NCBI GenBank assembly: GCA_902574405.1
Contig: CACGMX010000001.1
Coordinates: 1 to 50,636, forward strand
Length of the DNA: 50,636 bases
From: an uncultured Prochlorococcus sp.
Lineage (GTDB): Bacteria; Cyanobacteriota; Cyanobacteriia; PCC-6307; Cyanobiaceae
Reading direction: 5' to 3'
In this document: one piece after another, positions 41,032 through 50,636 of the stretch
How positions within the stretch are numbered: the stretch's first letter is position 1
Layout of the letters: every line of letters begins with the position of its first letter
The notes under the pieces: model-generated
Database searches by the model: none
Told to the model about the DNA's origin: nothing
Seen by the model: the letters and a program-made list of their open reading frames with translations, nothing else
Translations under genes and position numbers: made by a program

Positions 41032-41295
41032 ATGACTTATTGGGATAAAGAGACTATTCAACTTGTTCAAAGTCTTAATGACAAATTAAAGATTGATCAT
41101 ACTAAATGGCATAAAGATAAAGGGAATAAACATAAACGATCAGCAGAACTAATTTCGGCGGGATTATGCCATTTAATTATTTCTTGTAATGAGAATGAAA
41201 CTATTGAGTATGTAGAAGAAAGTATTAAATGGTTAAAAGAAATTAACGTAGATCGACCCTGTCCTAGTAAAAATCACCTTTTTAAAGCCAACTGA
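41032..41295 (+). CDS. Conserved cyanobacterial hypothetical protein
   Basis: 87-aa ORF co-oriented with the methyltransferase. WH..KGN..KRSAEL, WL and CP motifs. Confidence 0.65.
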   Translation: MTYWDKETIQLVQSLNDKLKIDHTKWHKDKGNKHKRSAELISAGLCHLIISCNENETIEYVEESIKWLKEINVDRPCPSKNHLFKAN

Positions 41296-41708
41296 AGTCT
41301 ATTACCCTTACTACTCCATCTAATATCATCAAAACATTCATTAATAATATATAGGCCGCGGCCATTTACACTACTTATTTTTTTTGGTAATTTGTAGTCT
41401 CTTTTATTTGTTTCTAAACCATTACCTTGATCTTGAATTTGCCAAACACACCAATTAGGAGTAATTATTCTTCTTACTCTAATATTTTTATTAGGATCTA
41501 ATTTATTTCCATGTTTTACTGCGTTAACTAGAGCTTCATGTAAACCAAGTTTTATAAGATAACTTGATTGAGTATTATTAATAGGTTCTAATAATTGATC
41601 TACAAATTCATTTAACTGTAATGATGACTCGAATTCATAGTTTGACCAGTTAATCTTTGGTCTTTTAAAAAATTTTTTTAAAATATTTTTGCCCCGAAAT
41701 AAGGACAT
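41274..41708 (-). CDS. RsbW-like anti-sigma factor / HATPase_c protein
   Basis: LHEALVNAVKHGN (N box), DQGNG (G1), GRGLYII (G2). Confidence 0.85.
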   Translation of the reverse strand: MSLFRGKNILKKFFKRPKINWSNYEFESSLQLNEFVDQLLEPINNTQSSYLIKLGLHEALVNAVKHGNKLDPNKNIRVRRIITPNWCVWQIQDQGNGLETNKRDYKLPKKISSVNGRGLYIINECFDDIRWSSKGNRLQLALKR

Positions 41709-41756
41709 AATAATATTTTGATACTGTATTAATCTTAACTTATTAAATACCTCAAT

Positions 41757-42476
41757 TTAAATAATATTATTATGTCTATCTGCAATAGCAGGATGATTTA
41801 GTATGGAGTCCATAAGTCTTACTCCTCTTAGTTGATTTATTAAAGGCATATGTCCATCAGGAGCATCTAATGACCAGCAAAAAGATCCTGGATATCTAGT
41901 CCATAACCCCTCTTTTTTCCAACCTATTTTTGGCCACATTAATTCGTATCTTTTTCCTACTGATTTTAATATCTTTGCCTGAATTGAGAATCCGAATCTA
42001 CCAGTAGAATAAATAGTCCATAATCTATCTATAGTTTCTAGATCTTTACCTGACATATTCTTAACTTCACTATAGAAAACATATCCACGTTTTTCAGCTA
42101 ATTTTCCAGCTAATTTCCGTAAATAGGAACTTGTTAATCTATCTGCTTCTTCAAATTTTTGCTCAACCAACATCAATTGCAAGTCTTCATAATTAATATC
42201 AATATCTGAATAAGTATTAAACCAATTATTGAATTTAGAATTTTCAAAGAATTCAGGCTTGAACTTTTTTAAAACTTGCAATATCCATCCAGCAGCCCAG
42301 TCATCTCCATTACTATCAAATATATCAAAAAGTGAAGGTCCAAGATCAAAAATATTTTCGACTTCAAATTCTATTTGAGTTAATAAATTTATCCTTTTTC
42401 TTTGGTTGGAATCTACAAATTTTTTTATAAAATCTAATGTAGCATTATTATAGTTATCTTGTTGTTTGTTAATCAT
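41757..42476 (-). CDS. GUN4 domain protein (Ycf53, Mg-chelatase activator)
   Basis: FEEADRLT, DLETIDRLW..YSTGRFGFSIQ, IGWK, APDGHMP, RGVR. Confidence 0.9.
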   Translation of the reverse strand: MINKQQDNYNNATLDFIKKFVDSNQRKRINLLTQIEFEVENIFDLGPSLFDIFDSNGDDWAAGWILQVLKKFKPEFFENSKFNNWFNTYSDIDINYEDLQLMLVEQKFEEADRLTSSYLRKLAGKLAEKRGYVFYSEVKNMSGKDLETIDRLWTIYSTGRFGFSIQAKILKSVGKRYELMWPKIGWKKEGLWTRYPGSFCWSLDAPDGHMPLINQLRGVRLMDSILNHPAIADRHNNII

Positions 42477-42511
42477 TTTAAAAAATCAATCTAAATAATT
42501 AAAAACTATCC

Positions 42512-43555
42512 ATGTATTTCAAAAGAGAGGAACTAGAGAAATTTAGAAGTTTTAAAGGACCACTTATAGATGTTAGAAGCCCGAGTGAATATTATAAAGG
42601 ACACCTGCCTAATTCTATTAACATTCCATTATTTGATAATGATGAGAGATCAATAATAGGGACGATTTATAAAAAAGATGGAAGAAAAAAAGCTGTAATA
42701 GAGGGATTAAAATTTTTTGAAAAAAAAATGGACTTACTACTTGATAATTTATTTATGAATATTGATTCTTATAAAAATTATTCAGAAAAAAATAATAAGG
42801 AACTTTTTATAAGAATATATTGTTCTAGAGGAGGTATGCGGTCACAAAGTATTGCTTGGTTACTAGAAAAATTCAAAGTAAATACCTTTACACTTAATGG
42901 AGGATACAAAATATATAGGAGATGGGTATTAGATAGTTTTTCAAAAAAGTTAAATATTGTAGTTATTGGAGGAAAAACAGGAACAGGAAAGACAAGATTA
43001 TTATCATTATTAGAAAAATATAAGTATCAAACTATTGATCTTGAGGGATTTGCTTGTCATAGAGGCAGCACATTTGGAGGGTTAGGAATGAAAGAACAAC
43101 CTTCGAATGAGCAATTTGAAAATAAAATTGCAGAAAAATTAAATTCCTTTAAATTTTCTAATAATATTTTTGTAGAAGCTGAAAGTGCAAATATAGGTAA
43201 ATGCAAAATCCCTCATGAATTCTTTAATCAGATGAAAAATTCTAGAAGAATTGAAATTTTAAGGAGCGAATCTAACAGGTTAGATGAGTTGATAAATACT
43301 TATAGTGTTTTTAAGAAAGAGGAACTCCAAGAGTCTGTATTAAGGATAAAAAAGAGATTAGGACCGCAAAGAACAAAAATAGCTCTTGAATCAATTAATA
43401 ACGAGAAATGGGACTTAGTTTGCAAATCAGTTCTTGATTATTACGATAAGTGTTATGAATATGAAAAAGTTGGCAAAACAAATATAAATTTATTGGATTT
43501 AACCGACAAAAAATATGATGAAAGGATTCTAGACTTAATAAATAATATTTTATAA
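42512..43555 (+). CDS. mnmH: tRNA 2-selenouridine synthase (rhodanese domain plus P-loop)
   Basis: DVRSPSEY..GH, YCSRGGMRS, GGYK.YR, GKTGTGKT, DLEG.ACHRGSTFG, EAES..IG, DYYD..Y. Confidence 0.92.
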   Translation: MYFKREELEKFRSFKGPLIDVRSPSEYYKGHLPNSINIPLFDNDERSIIGTIYKKDGRKKAVIEGLKFFEKKMDLLLDNLFMNIDSYKNYSEKNNKELFIRIYCSRGGMRSQSIAWLLEKFKVNTFTLNGGYKIYRRWVLDSFSKKLNIVVIGGKTGTGKTRLLSLLEKYKYQTIDLEGFACHRGSTFGGLGMKEQPSNEQFENKIAEKLNSFKFSNNIFVEAESANIGKCKIPHEFFNQMKNSRRIEILRSESNRLDELINTYSVFKKEELQESVLRIKKRLGPQRTKIALESINNEKWDLVCKSVLDYYDKCYEYEKVGKTNINLLDLTDKKYDERILDLINNIL

Positions 43556-43615
43556 AATAATTACAAACGAATATGAAAAATATTTCCTAAGATAAAAAAT
43601 TAATAATCAACCATT

Positions 43616-43969
43616 ATGACAGCAAATAAAATTGCAAGTATACAATTTTATGAAGGAACTGATGAACCAGTAGTACCTGAAATAAGACTAACAAGGAGTA
43701 AGGATGGTACCACGGGTCAAGCATTATTTTTGTTCGAAAAGCCTCAGGCATTGTCTTCAATTACAGACGGTGAAATTACAGGTATGCGTATGATTGATTC
43801 CGAAGGTGAAATACTTACTAGGGAAGTTAAAGTAAAGTTTGTGGATGGAGAACCTATATTTTTAGAAGCTGTCTATATATGGAAAAGCACTTCTGACTTT
43901 GATAGATTTATGAGATTTGCAAATAGTTATGCCAAATCAAATGGATTAGGATATTCTGAGAAGAAATAG
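43616..43969 (+). CDS. psb28: Photosystem II assembly factor Psb28
   Basis: [30 protein letters not shown]...YA..NGL. Confidence 0.95.
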   Translation: MTANKIASIQFYEGTDEPVVPEIRLTRSKDGTTGQALFLFEKPQALSSITDGEITGMRMIDSEGEILTREVKVKFVDGEPIFLEAVYIWKSTSDFDRFMRFANSYAKSNGLGYSEKK

Positions 43970-43982
43970 AATTTTTTAAAAA

Positions 43983-45026
43983 TTGAGTAGTTCTTCATAT
44001 TTTAATTTAGTAGTAATTCTAATCGCCTCGTTAATAATATGGACTTTAAGAGATTTTCTCCTCTTAATAATTTGCTCCTTAGTAATTTCAAATATTGTTT
44101 GTAATTTATGTAATCAAATTCAAAAGGGGTTGAAAATTCCCCGACCGCTATCACTGTTTCTTGTCTTAACTGTTATTTCAGTAATAGTATTTACTATTTT
44201 TATTCTTGTATTGCCTCCTTTTATAAAAGAATTCAATGAAATACTAGTTGATATTCCAAATGGTTTATCAAAAATAAATATTTTAATTAATACAAATCTG
44301 AATAAATTTAATATTCTTTTATATGGTGAACAATCAGAAAATGTTATAGATATTTTCAGTCTCATAAATAATGTAGTAACCATTCCAGATGCCTCAACTA
44401 TTGCAAAAGCGATTCAAGAAAGTTTTAAAAATTTAATAAATATAGCGGGGAATCTTGGATCAGGTCTTTTGAAATTAATATTCGTATTAGCAGTGAGTTT
44501 AATGATTTCTATTGAACCAAAACAATATAAAGAAAATATACTTCTATTAATTCCAAAAAATTATCGCAACAAATTTAGAAATATTCTGGAAAAATCCAAT
44601 ACAGCATTAGCAAATTGGACCTTTTCTATGGTCATAAGTTCATTATCAGTAGGTCTATTATCATTAATAGTTCTGTCTATATTAGATGTTAAATATGTTG
44701 TCTCAAATGCTTTAATAGCAATGGTTCTTAATATCATTCCAAATATAGGTCCAGTTATAAGTGGTATATTTCCTATCTCAATTGCACTACTAGATAATTT
44801 CTGGAAACCACTGGCCGTTTTAGGAGCATATGTAATCATTCAAAATATTGAAAGCTATATAATAATGCCATCTATTATGAAGAAAAAAGCAAACTTACTT
44901 CCTGGTTTAACATTAATATCACAATTTGGATTTACCTTCATTTTTGGTCCATTAGGCTTAATATTATCTCTTCCATTAGCTGTAGTAATTCAAGTTTTAA
45001 TCAAAGAATCATTTAAAGATATCTAA
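43983..45026 (+). CDS. AI-2E family (PerM-like) transporter
   Basis: Multi-pass hydrophobic profile. NIIPNIGP, QNIESYII.P, FGPLGLILSLPL. Confidence 0.85.
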   Translation: MSSSSYFNLVVILIASLIIWTLRDFLLLIICSLVISNIVCNLCNQIQKGLKIPRPLSLFLVLTVISVIVFTIFILVLPPFIKEFNEILVDIPNGLSKINILINTNLNKFNILLYGEQSENVIDIFSLINNVVTIPDASTIAKAIQESFKNLINIAGNLGSGLLKLIFVLAVSLMISIEPKQYKENILLLIPKNYRNKFRNILEKSNTALANWTFSMVISSLSVGLLSLIVLSILDVKYVVSNALIAMVLNIIPNIGPVISGIFPISIALLDNFWKPLAVLGAYVIIQNIESYIIMPSIMKKKANLLPGLTLISQFGFTFIFGPLGLILSLPLAVVIQVLIKESFKDI

Positions 45027-45031
45027 AAAAA

Positions 45032-45214
45032 CTACTTTATTAATTTTTTATATAAATATGGGTAGGAAAAAAGTATAAAGAAAGCTAAGGGATGTTCACT
45101 AAAAGCAAAATATAGTGAATTAAAAGTAAAATGATCAAATAATATTCTTAACTCAGTAGAAAGATCTATTAAAACTAAAGAAAATAAAATTATCAAATAG
45201 TAATTCAATTTCAT
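45032..45214 (-). CDS. Small hypothetical membrane protein (60 aa)
   Basis: Fills the gap downstream of secF. Two hydrophobic stretches around ELRILFDHFT...HPLA. Confidence 0.65.
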   Translation of the reverse strand: MKLNYYLIILFSLVLIDLSTELRILFDHFTFNSLYFAFSEHPLAFFILFSYPYLYKKLIK

Positions 45215-45232
45215 AAATTTAGAAGCCTAAGC

Positions 45233-46147
45233 TCATTCTTTAAGCAACAAAGATGGAGCTAATAAAATACTTGAATAGCTCCCAACTATAATTCCTAATG
45301 ATAGGGCTAAGGAAAACCAAAATAGGGAATAAGATCCAAACAAAATTATGCTTAATAAAGGTATAAGGGTTGTAATGCTGGTAAACGTTGTTCTCCTAAA
45401 TGATTCGTTTACTGATAATTGAATAGTTTCGTTATAGCCTTCTTTCTTTGAATTTAAATTTTCACGAATTCTATCAAAAATAACAACAGTATCATTTACA
45501 GAATAACCAGCAATAGTTAGCAAGGACACAGCAAATAAACTATTTACCTCGACAGATAATATAATTCCCAACCAAGAGAATATACCAAAAACAATTAGTA
45601 AATCATGGAATAAAGCTATTAGTGCAAATAATGCGTATTTCCTATCAAATCTAATAGTTATATATAAAGAAATTGCAAATAAGGAGACCAACAATGAAGT
45701 AACACAATTAGTAAGTAATCTTTTCCCAAGCTTTGGGCCTATTAATCTTGAATCCTTACTTTCATAATTCAAAGGTCCAACAATATTATCAAGATTAGAA
45801 ATAAGATTGTTTGATTCTTCGATATTTAAATAAGGTGTTCTTATTGAAATTAATTTATTATTATTTTGGAATTGTAATTTGATATTATTTAAAAATTGAT
45901 TATTTTTAGAAATCTCTCTTAAATTTTCCAAAACTGAATCTGGGGAAAAATTAGAACATTCCGCTTCACAAACTCTTTCTATTCTTAGTTCATTTCCTCC
46001 AATAAAATCCATCCCTAAATTTATAGGTTTCTTATAGGAAGTATTAAAAGTAGAATATAAAATTCCCAGAAGACTAAACAAAATAAGAAAAGTTGAAAAA
46101 CCAATTATCTTTTTTTTATTTTTTATAAGTTCAAGATTGTATTTCAT
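45233..46147 (-). CDS. secF: Protein translocase subunit SecF
   Basis: LGMDFIGG, IGP.LG, ALFHD, GYSVNDTVVIFDRIRE, GSYSS. Confidence 0.96.
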   Translation of the reverse strand: MKYNLELIKNKKKIIGFSTFLILFSLLGILYSTFNTSYKKPINLGMDFIGGNELRIERVCEAECSNFSPDSVLENLREISKNNQFLNNIKLQFQNNNKLISIRTPYLNIEESNNLISNLDNIVGPLNYESKDSRLIGPKLGKRLLTNCVTSLLVSLFAISLYITIRFDRKYALFALIALFHDLLIVFGIFSWLGIILSVEVNSLFAVSLLTIAGYSVNDTVVIFDRIRENLNSKKEGYNETIQLSVNESFRRTTFTSITTLIPLLSIILFGSYSLFWFSLALSLGIIVGSYSSILLAPSLLLKE

Positions 46148-46168
46148 GGAAAATTAGAAATAAAAAAT

Positions 46169-47638
46169 TTAATTTGAAAAATTATTCCTTGGCAGATAGA
46201 GATTTTTCTGTCTCAAAGATTGATATGTTGTAAAAAATCGCAAAATAGTTTTAGAACAATTTAATGAGGTAAACAAGCTAATTAAGACTCCAATACCTAA
46301 TGTTGCCGCAAAACCCTTAACAAAATTTGTTCCTAATAAAAACAATACAAAACAACTAAGAAGAGTTGTAATATGGCCATCAACTATGGATGAATTAGCT
46401 CTTTGAAAACCGCTATCAATAGATCTTGTAAGAGTATTACCATGATATAGTTCTTCTCTAATTCTCTCAAATATTAAAATATTTGCATCAACAGCCATTC
46501 CAATACTAAGTATAAGCCCAGATATTCCGGGTAAAGTCAAAGTTACAGGAATTAGAGAATATATGGCTAAGTTAAAGAAACCATAAAGGACTAGAGAAAG
46601 AACTGAAACAAAACCTAGAATTCTATAGTTAAAAATCATAAAAATACCAACAAAAATTAACCCACTAATTGCTGCATAAAGACTTTTTAATATATTTTTC
46701 GATCCCAACAGAGCTCCTATTGTATTAGTTTCTACTATTTCAATTGGCAATGGCAATGAGCCTCCTTTAAGTTGAACTTCTAATTCTCTAGCATTTTCAG
46801 CACTAAAATTACCGCTTATTGTTGCTGATCCACCTGTAATCCCAGTACTTGCAAACTGATTACCAACACTGGCTTCACTTATTGATTCACCATCTAGAAT
46901 GATAGCCAATAGTTGATTAGTGCCAGCAATTGACTTTGTAATTTCTGCAAACTTTTCACCTCCTGAATTACTAAAAGTTAATAAAACTTCCCAATTACTA
47001 TTTGTTTGTTCTTGTCTCCTTCCTGCGTTAATAAGATCCTTACCAGATAAATCTGTTTTAATAAACAAATTTGTAATTTCTTTATCAACAAATTTTTTGA
47101 TTTCAATTAACTTCCCATATAAATCATTACTAGTAGATGAGTAATTCAATTCTTGCTCTATATCTTTAAGATCATCTTGAATAACTTTTAAGAAATTATC
47201 ATCATTTTGACTTTTTTCTGCAAAGGAATATCGTTCAATTAATTCTTTAATACTCAATCTCTGTAGTTGCAGGGTTTTTAAATCTGTAGATGTTCCTTCT
47301 TTTTGGATTCTAAATTCTAATAAAGCAGTCTTACCTAAAACCCTTGAAGCAACTAATGGATTTTGTTCCCCTGGTAATTCTAAAATCAATTGATCTCCAC
47401 CAAGGGTTTGCAAATTAGACTCAGAAACTCCTAAATTGTTAACGCGCTTATCTATAACCGAATTAACTGCTTCAAGTTCATCCTTTGTTACCTTACCTTC
47501 CTCTTTAATAATTTGTAGTGTAAGTTGAGAACCACCTTGTAAATCCAATCCCAATTGTAAGGGATAATTTATTAATAGATAAACAGAAAACGTAAGTAGA
47601 AATATAATAAAAAAAAGCCAACCTTGCCTTCTTTTCAT
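46169..47638 (-). CDS. secD: Protein translocase subunit SecD
   Basis: LGLDLQGG, RVNNLGVSE, LAIILDG, GMAVDANILIFERIREE, VKGFA. Confidence 0.96.
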   Translation of the reverse strand: MKRRQGWLFFIIFLLTFSVYLLINYPLQLGLDLQGGSQLTLQIIKEEGKVTKDELEAVNSVIDKRVNNLGVSESNLQTLGGDQLILELPGEQNPLVASRVLGKTALLEFRIQKEGTSTDLKTLQLQRLSIKELIERYSFAEKSQNDDNFLKVIQDDLKDIEQELNYSSTSNDLYGKLIEIKKFVDKEITNLFIKTDLSGKDLINAGRRQEQTNSNWEVLLTFSNSGGEKFAEITKSIAGTNQLLAIILDGESISEASVGNQFASTGITGGSATISGNFSAENARELEVQLKGGSLPLPIEIVETNTIGALLGSKNILKSLYAAISGLIFVGIFMIFNYRILGFVSVLSLVLYGFFNLAIYSLIPVTLTLPGISGLILSIGMAVDANILIFERIREELYHGNTLTRSIDSGFQRANSSIVDGHITTLLSCFVLFLLGTNFVKGFAATLGIGVLISLFTSLNCSKTILRFFTTYQSLRQKNLYLPRNNFSN

Positions 47639-47641
47639 TCC

Positions 47642-48625
47642 TTATATGCTCCCTTTAGTTAAATCTTCAACTTTTTCAACTATTTGATGTGGTTGGATTA
47701 TTGTCAAATTCTCAAGATTTCCATTATAAGGAGTTGGAATATCCTGACTAGATAATCTTATTGGTCGGGCATCAAGATCATCAAAACACTCTTCTGTTAT
47801 CAAAGCAATTAATTCTGCACCAATACCTCCAGTCTTCATACATTCTTCAACAATAATTACTTTATTTGTTTTTCTTATTGATTTTGAGATGGTTTCCATA
47901 TCAAATGGTTTTAAACTTATTAAATCTATTAACTCAACATCTATTCCTTTTTTTTCTAATTCTTCAACAGCTTTAAGGCAGTGATGTCTCATTCTTGAAT
48001 AAGTCAATAGAGTAATATCTTTTCCTTCTTTTACAACGTCAGCCTGATCTAAAGCACAAGTATAATCACCCACAGGTAATTCTTCAGACAAATTGTATAG
48101 AAGAACATGTTCGAAAAATAGAACTGGATTATCATCTCTAATAGCTGCTTTCATTAAACCTTTAGCATTTGTTGGTGTACTACATGCAACAATCTTTATG
48201 CCGGGTACTGCATGAAAGTATGCTTCAAGTCTTTGACTGTGCTCAGCACCAAGTTGACGACCAACTCCTCCAGGTCCTCGAACTACTGCTGGTATTTTAT
48301 AATTTCCGCCACTTGTATATCTAAGCATACCCATATTATTTGATATCTGATTAAAAGCTAAAAGCAAAAAACCCATATTCATTCCTTCTACTATTGGTCT
48401 TAAGCCAGTCATTGCTGCACCCACAGCCATACCCGTAAAACTATTCTCTGCAATCGGAGTATCTAAGACTCTTAACTCTCCATATTTTTCATATAAATCC
48501 TTAGTTACCTTATAAGATCCTCCATATTGACCAACATCTTCACCCATAACACAAACATTTACATCATTTGCCATTTCTTCATCAATTGCCTCTTTCAAAG
48601 CATTAAATAATAATGTTCCAGCCAC
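47642..48625 (-). CDS. pdhB: Pyruvate dehydrogenase E1 beta subunit
   Basis: [31 protein letters not shown] start. Confidence 0.97.
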   Translation of the reverse strand: MAGTLLFNALKEAIDEEMANDVNVCVMGEDVGQYGGSYKVTKDLYEKYGELRVLDTPIAENSFTGMAVGAAMTGLRPIVEGMNMGFLLLAFNQISNNMGMLRYTSGGNYKIPAVVRGPGGVGRQLGAEHSQRLEAYFHAVPGIKIVACSTPTNAKGLMKAAIRDDNPVLFFEHVLLYNLSEELPVGDYTCALDQADVVKEGKDITLLTYSRMRHHCLKAVEELEKKGIDVELIDLISLKPFDMETISKSIRKTNKVIIVEECMKTGGIGAELIALITEECFDDLDARPIRLSSQDIPTPYNGNLENLTIIQPHQIVEKVEDLTKGSI

Positions 48626-48674
48626 AATTAATTACCTAATTAATCACATATATAATCCTACCACTTTGAATAAT

Positions 48675-48770
48675 TCAACCTCCTTCAGCGAAGGTTATGA
48701 GTAGTAATATTGATAAAATCATTCCAGGTGAGAGCAAAAGGACTAAAAGGCCTAAGTCATGTAAAGACAT
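48675..48770 (-). CDS. Small single-TM protein, 31 aa (not in ORF track)
   Basis: MSLHDLGLLVLLLSPGMILSILLLITFAEGG*. Co-oriented between the DUF3082-like gene and pdhB. Confidence 0.65.
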   Translation of the reverse strand: MSLHDLGLLVLLLSPGMILSILLLITFAEGG

Positions 48771-48804
48771 TCAAAGAAGTTATTTTCTTAATAATATTTG
48801 AAAT

Positions 48805-49107
48805 TCAATTTTTCTTCATAAAAAAACTGCGAATAAATACAATAAAAAGTCCCATACCTATAAAAGCAAATGAGAAAGTTAGCAAAAATGATAATCCAAT
48901 TATTAAGGTATTAATACTAGAAGAAATATTTTGGACTATTTCAGAAGAATTAGATGGTTTATGAACTGAAAAATAAATAGCAATTTTATTACTTAAAAAA
49001 TAAAAAAATATAAATAATAAAAAACTTGTTAATGATCCTACAATAAAATTTAATGGTCCTTTTTCGGGAATGTTTTTTTCAATATTCTCATTACTATTAT
49101 CAACCAC
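48805..49107 (-). CDS. Conserved membrane protein (DUF3082-like)
   Basis: KGPLNF..GSLT, two TM segments, GLSFL.TFSF..IG.GL. Confidence 0.7.
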   Translation of the reverse strand: MVDNSNENIEKNIPEKGPLNFIVGSLTSFLLFIFFYFLSNKIAIYFSVHKPSNSSEIVQNISSSINTLIIGLSFLLTFSFAFIGMGLFIVFIRSFFMKKN

Positions 49108-49132
49108 AATAAAATTTTGTATAAAAAAAAAT

Positions 49133-50068
49133 TTAAATGAATGTTATTCCCTTTTCAAGGGAAGTGCAAACCCATGAATCGAAACCTTTATTTCTAAACA
49201 ATTTATAATTTGAATTTAATTCTTTTTTAGCAGTCTCTATATCCTTAAAGAGTGCAAAGCATGTGGGACCTGATCCACTCATTGAAAATGTGAGACAATT
49301 TTCTAATTTAGAAAGTAAATATAATGCCTGTTTTACAGAATCATTTTCATTTTCTACAACCAACTGTAAATCATTTTTAATAGATAAATGTTGATTATTA
49401 ACATTTAAGTTATTTAAACCATTATCTCTTAAATTTTTTCTTATGTTCTTAATCATTTCTCTATCAGTAAGATATTGATCACAAAATCTATTACTATATT
49501 TTTTATAAGTTTCAGCTGTAGATACTGATACATTTGGATTTTTTAAAAGAATTACTCCATATTCAAAGTTTGAATCTAATTTCTCCAAAATTTCTCCTCT
49601 TCCAAAACATAATTGAATACCACCATTTATAAAAAAGGGAATATCAGATCCTAAAGTTGATGCTAATGAACATAATGATTCTTGATCTAAGTTCAAATCC
49701 CATAACTTATTAAGACCAATTAATGTTGCTGCTGCATTACTGGATCCACCAGCTAATCCTGCGCCAATTGGAATATTTTTTCTTAAAAATATATTCGCAC
49801 CGTAATCTATATTTGATTTTTTCCTTAATAGATTTGCCGATTTAACAATTAAGTTATCTTCAGATAAGCTTAAATCATTACAATCAGACTCAAGTTTAAT
49901 TAAACCTTCATTATTAATTTCAAATTCTAAATAATCAGAAAGATCGATATTTTGCATAATCATTGCTAACTCATGAAATCCATCCTCTCTTTTACCAATA
50001 ACTTCAAGGTGTAAATTTATTTTGGCAGGAGATTTTATATTAATTTTCGTTTTAGCTAAATCTTGCAT
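49133..50068 (-). CDS. ispE: 4-diphosphocytidyl-2-C-methyl-D-erythritol kinase
   Basis: PAKINLHL, REDGFHEL, IPIGAGLAGGSSNAA, LGSDIPFF, MSGSGPT. Confidence 0.97.
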   Translation of the reverse strand: MQDLAKTKINIKSPAKINLHLEVIGKREDGFHELAMIMQNIDLSDYLEFEINNEGLIKLESDCNDLSLSEDNLIVKSANLLRKKSNIDYGANIFLRKNIPIGAGLAGGSSNAAATLIGLNKLWDLNLDQESLCSLASTLGSDIPFFINGGIQLCFGRGEILEKLDSNFEYGVILLKNPNVSVSTAETYKKYSNRFCDQYLTDREMIKNIRKNLRDNGLNNLNVNNQHLSIKNDLQLVVENENDSVKQALYLLSKLENCLTFSMSGSGPTCFALFKDIETAKKELNSNYKLFRNKGFDSWVCTSLEKGITFI

Positions 50069-50080
50069 ATACTTAAATTT

Positions 50081-50636
50081 TTATTTTTTAATTTTAATAC
50101 AATTTTCTGCAAGCTTAATCCATTGGTTAATTGAAATATCTTGTTGTCTTAAATTAAAACAAACTTTTGAATATTCAGATAATTCATTTATTTCATCATT
50201 TGAAAGTATTGAATTAAGTGTATTTCTGAGCATTTTTCTTCTTGAATTGAATGTAATTCTAAGAAGTTTATCTATATATTTTTCTAGACTGATATCTAAT
50301 CTTAAATCATTTTTAATTGGCTCGAAAACTACTAAAGAAGAAAAAACTTTTGGAGGCGGACTAAATGATGAGGGCGGTACATCGCAAATTTTTTTTATTT
50401 TTGATAAGAGTTGCATTCTTACACTAAGTGCGCCAGCATTGGGACTTCCTTCTTTTGACAAAATCCTATCTACAACGTCTTTCTGCATCAAAAAAATTAT
50501 TTTTTCGTAATTATAGTTTCTTATAATGCCTAATCGCCCTATGAAAATATCCAATATTGGGCCAGTTATATTGTAAGGAATATTTGCAATCACTTTTGTA
50601 ATCTTCTTATTAATCGAATCTAAATTTACAGTAAGA
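50081..50636 (-). CDS. rsmA: 16S rRNA m6(2)A1518/1519 dimethyltransferase (partial, start lies beyond right edge)
   Basis: [32 protein letters not shown]. The frame stays open upstream of 50593 to the window edge. Confidence 0.95.
   Translation of the reverse strand, partial: LTVNLDSINKKITKVIANIPYNITGPILDIFIGRLGIIRNYNYEKIIFLMQKDVVDRILSKEGSPNAGALSVRMQLLSKIKKICDVPPSSFSPPPKVFSSLVVFEPIKNDLRLDISLEKYIDKLLRITFNSRRKMLRNTLNSILSNDEINELSEYSKVCFNLRQQDISINQWIKLAENCIKIKK

Noticed and set aside
7654-47144. Many 60-125 aa ORFs nested in or antisense to core genes (e.g. 7654, 9722, 13569, 15801-18048 set, 19790, 20183, 21547, 23600, 28186, 29065, 30456, 31093, 32209, 35649, 37013, 38796, 39177, 44120, 44561, 46920)
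   Set aside because: They are shadow frames of well-supported genes and carry no recognisable motifs.
48710-48964. 84-aa plus-strand ORF
   Set aside because: It is antisense to both the DUF3082-like gene and the 31-aa ORF, has a TTG start and shows no motif.
50022-50510. 162-aa plus-strand ORF
   Set aside because: It is the antisense shadow of rsmA and the start of ispE.
1-50636. CRISPR arrays, IS elements, prophage, defence or biosynthetic islands
   Set aside because: By eye I found no regularly spaced repeats, terminal inverted repeats or integrase, transposase, phage or restriction genes; almost all of the sequence is explained by housekeeping genes.

Overview
This is a very AT-rich, gene-dense cyanobacterial chromosome segment. 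Gene content, gene order as I recall it, short or overlapping intergenic gaps and low GC fit the core genome of a high-light Prochlorococcus. It runs from uvrC (cut by the left edge) to rsmA/ksgA (cut by the right edge). It holds housekeeping genes (coaD, dacB, iscS-like, dapF, leuS, pgi, purN, argC, ribBA, dnaJ/dnaK3, htpG, rpmB, psaK, dxs, ilvA, pyk, lspA, tadA, glnA, mnmH, psb28, secDF, pdhB, ispE) and one tRNA-Ser(GGA). I saw no integrase, transposase, prophage, CRISPR array or defence system, and I cannot support a new multi-gene system here. The best leads are two short single-transmembrane ORFs missed by the ORF track (45 aa at 34980-35117 and 31 aa at 48675-48770), a group II PLP decarboxylase of unknown substrate, a variant NtcA promoter and a terminator around glnA, and some eroded protein domains. 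All calls rest on motif recognition and recall; no database search was run.
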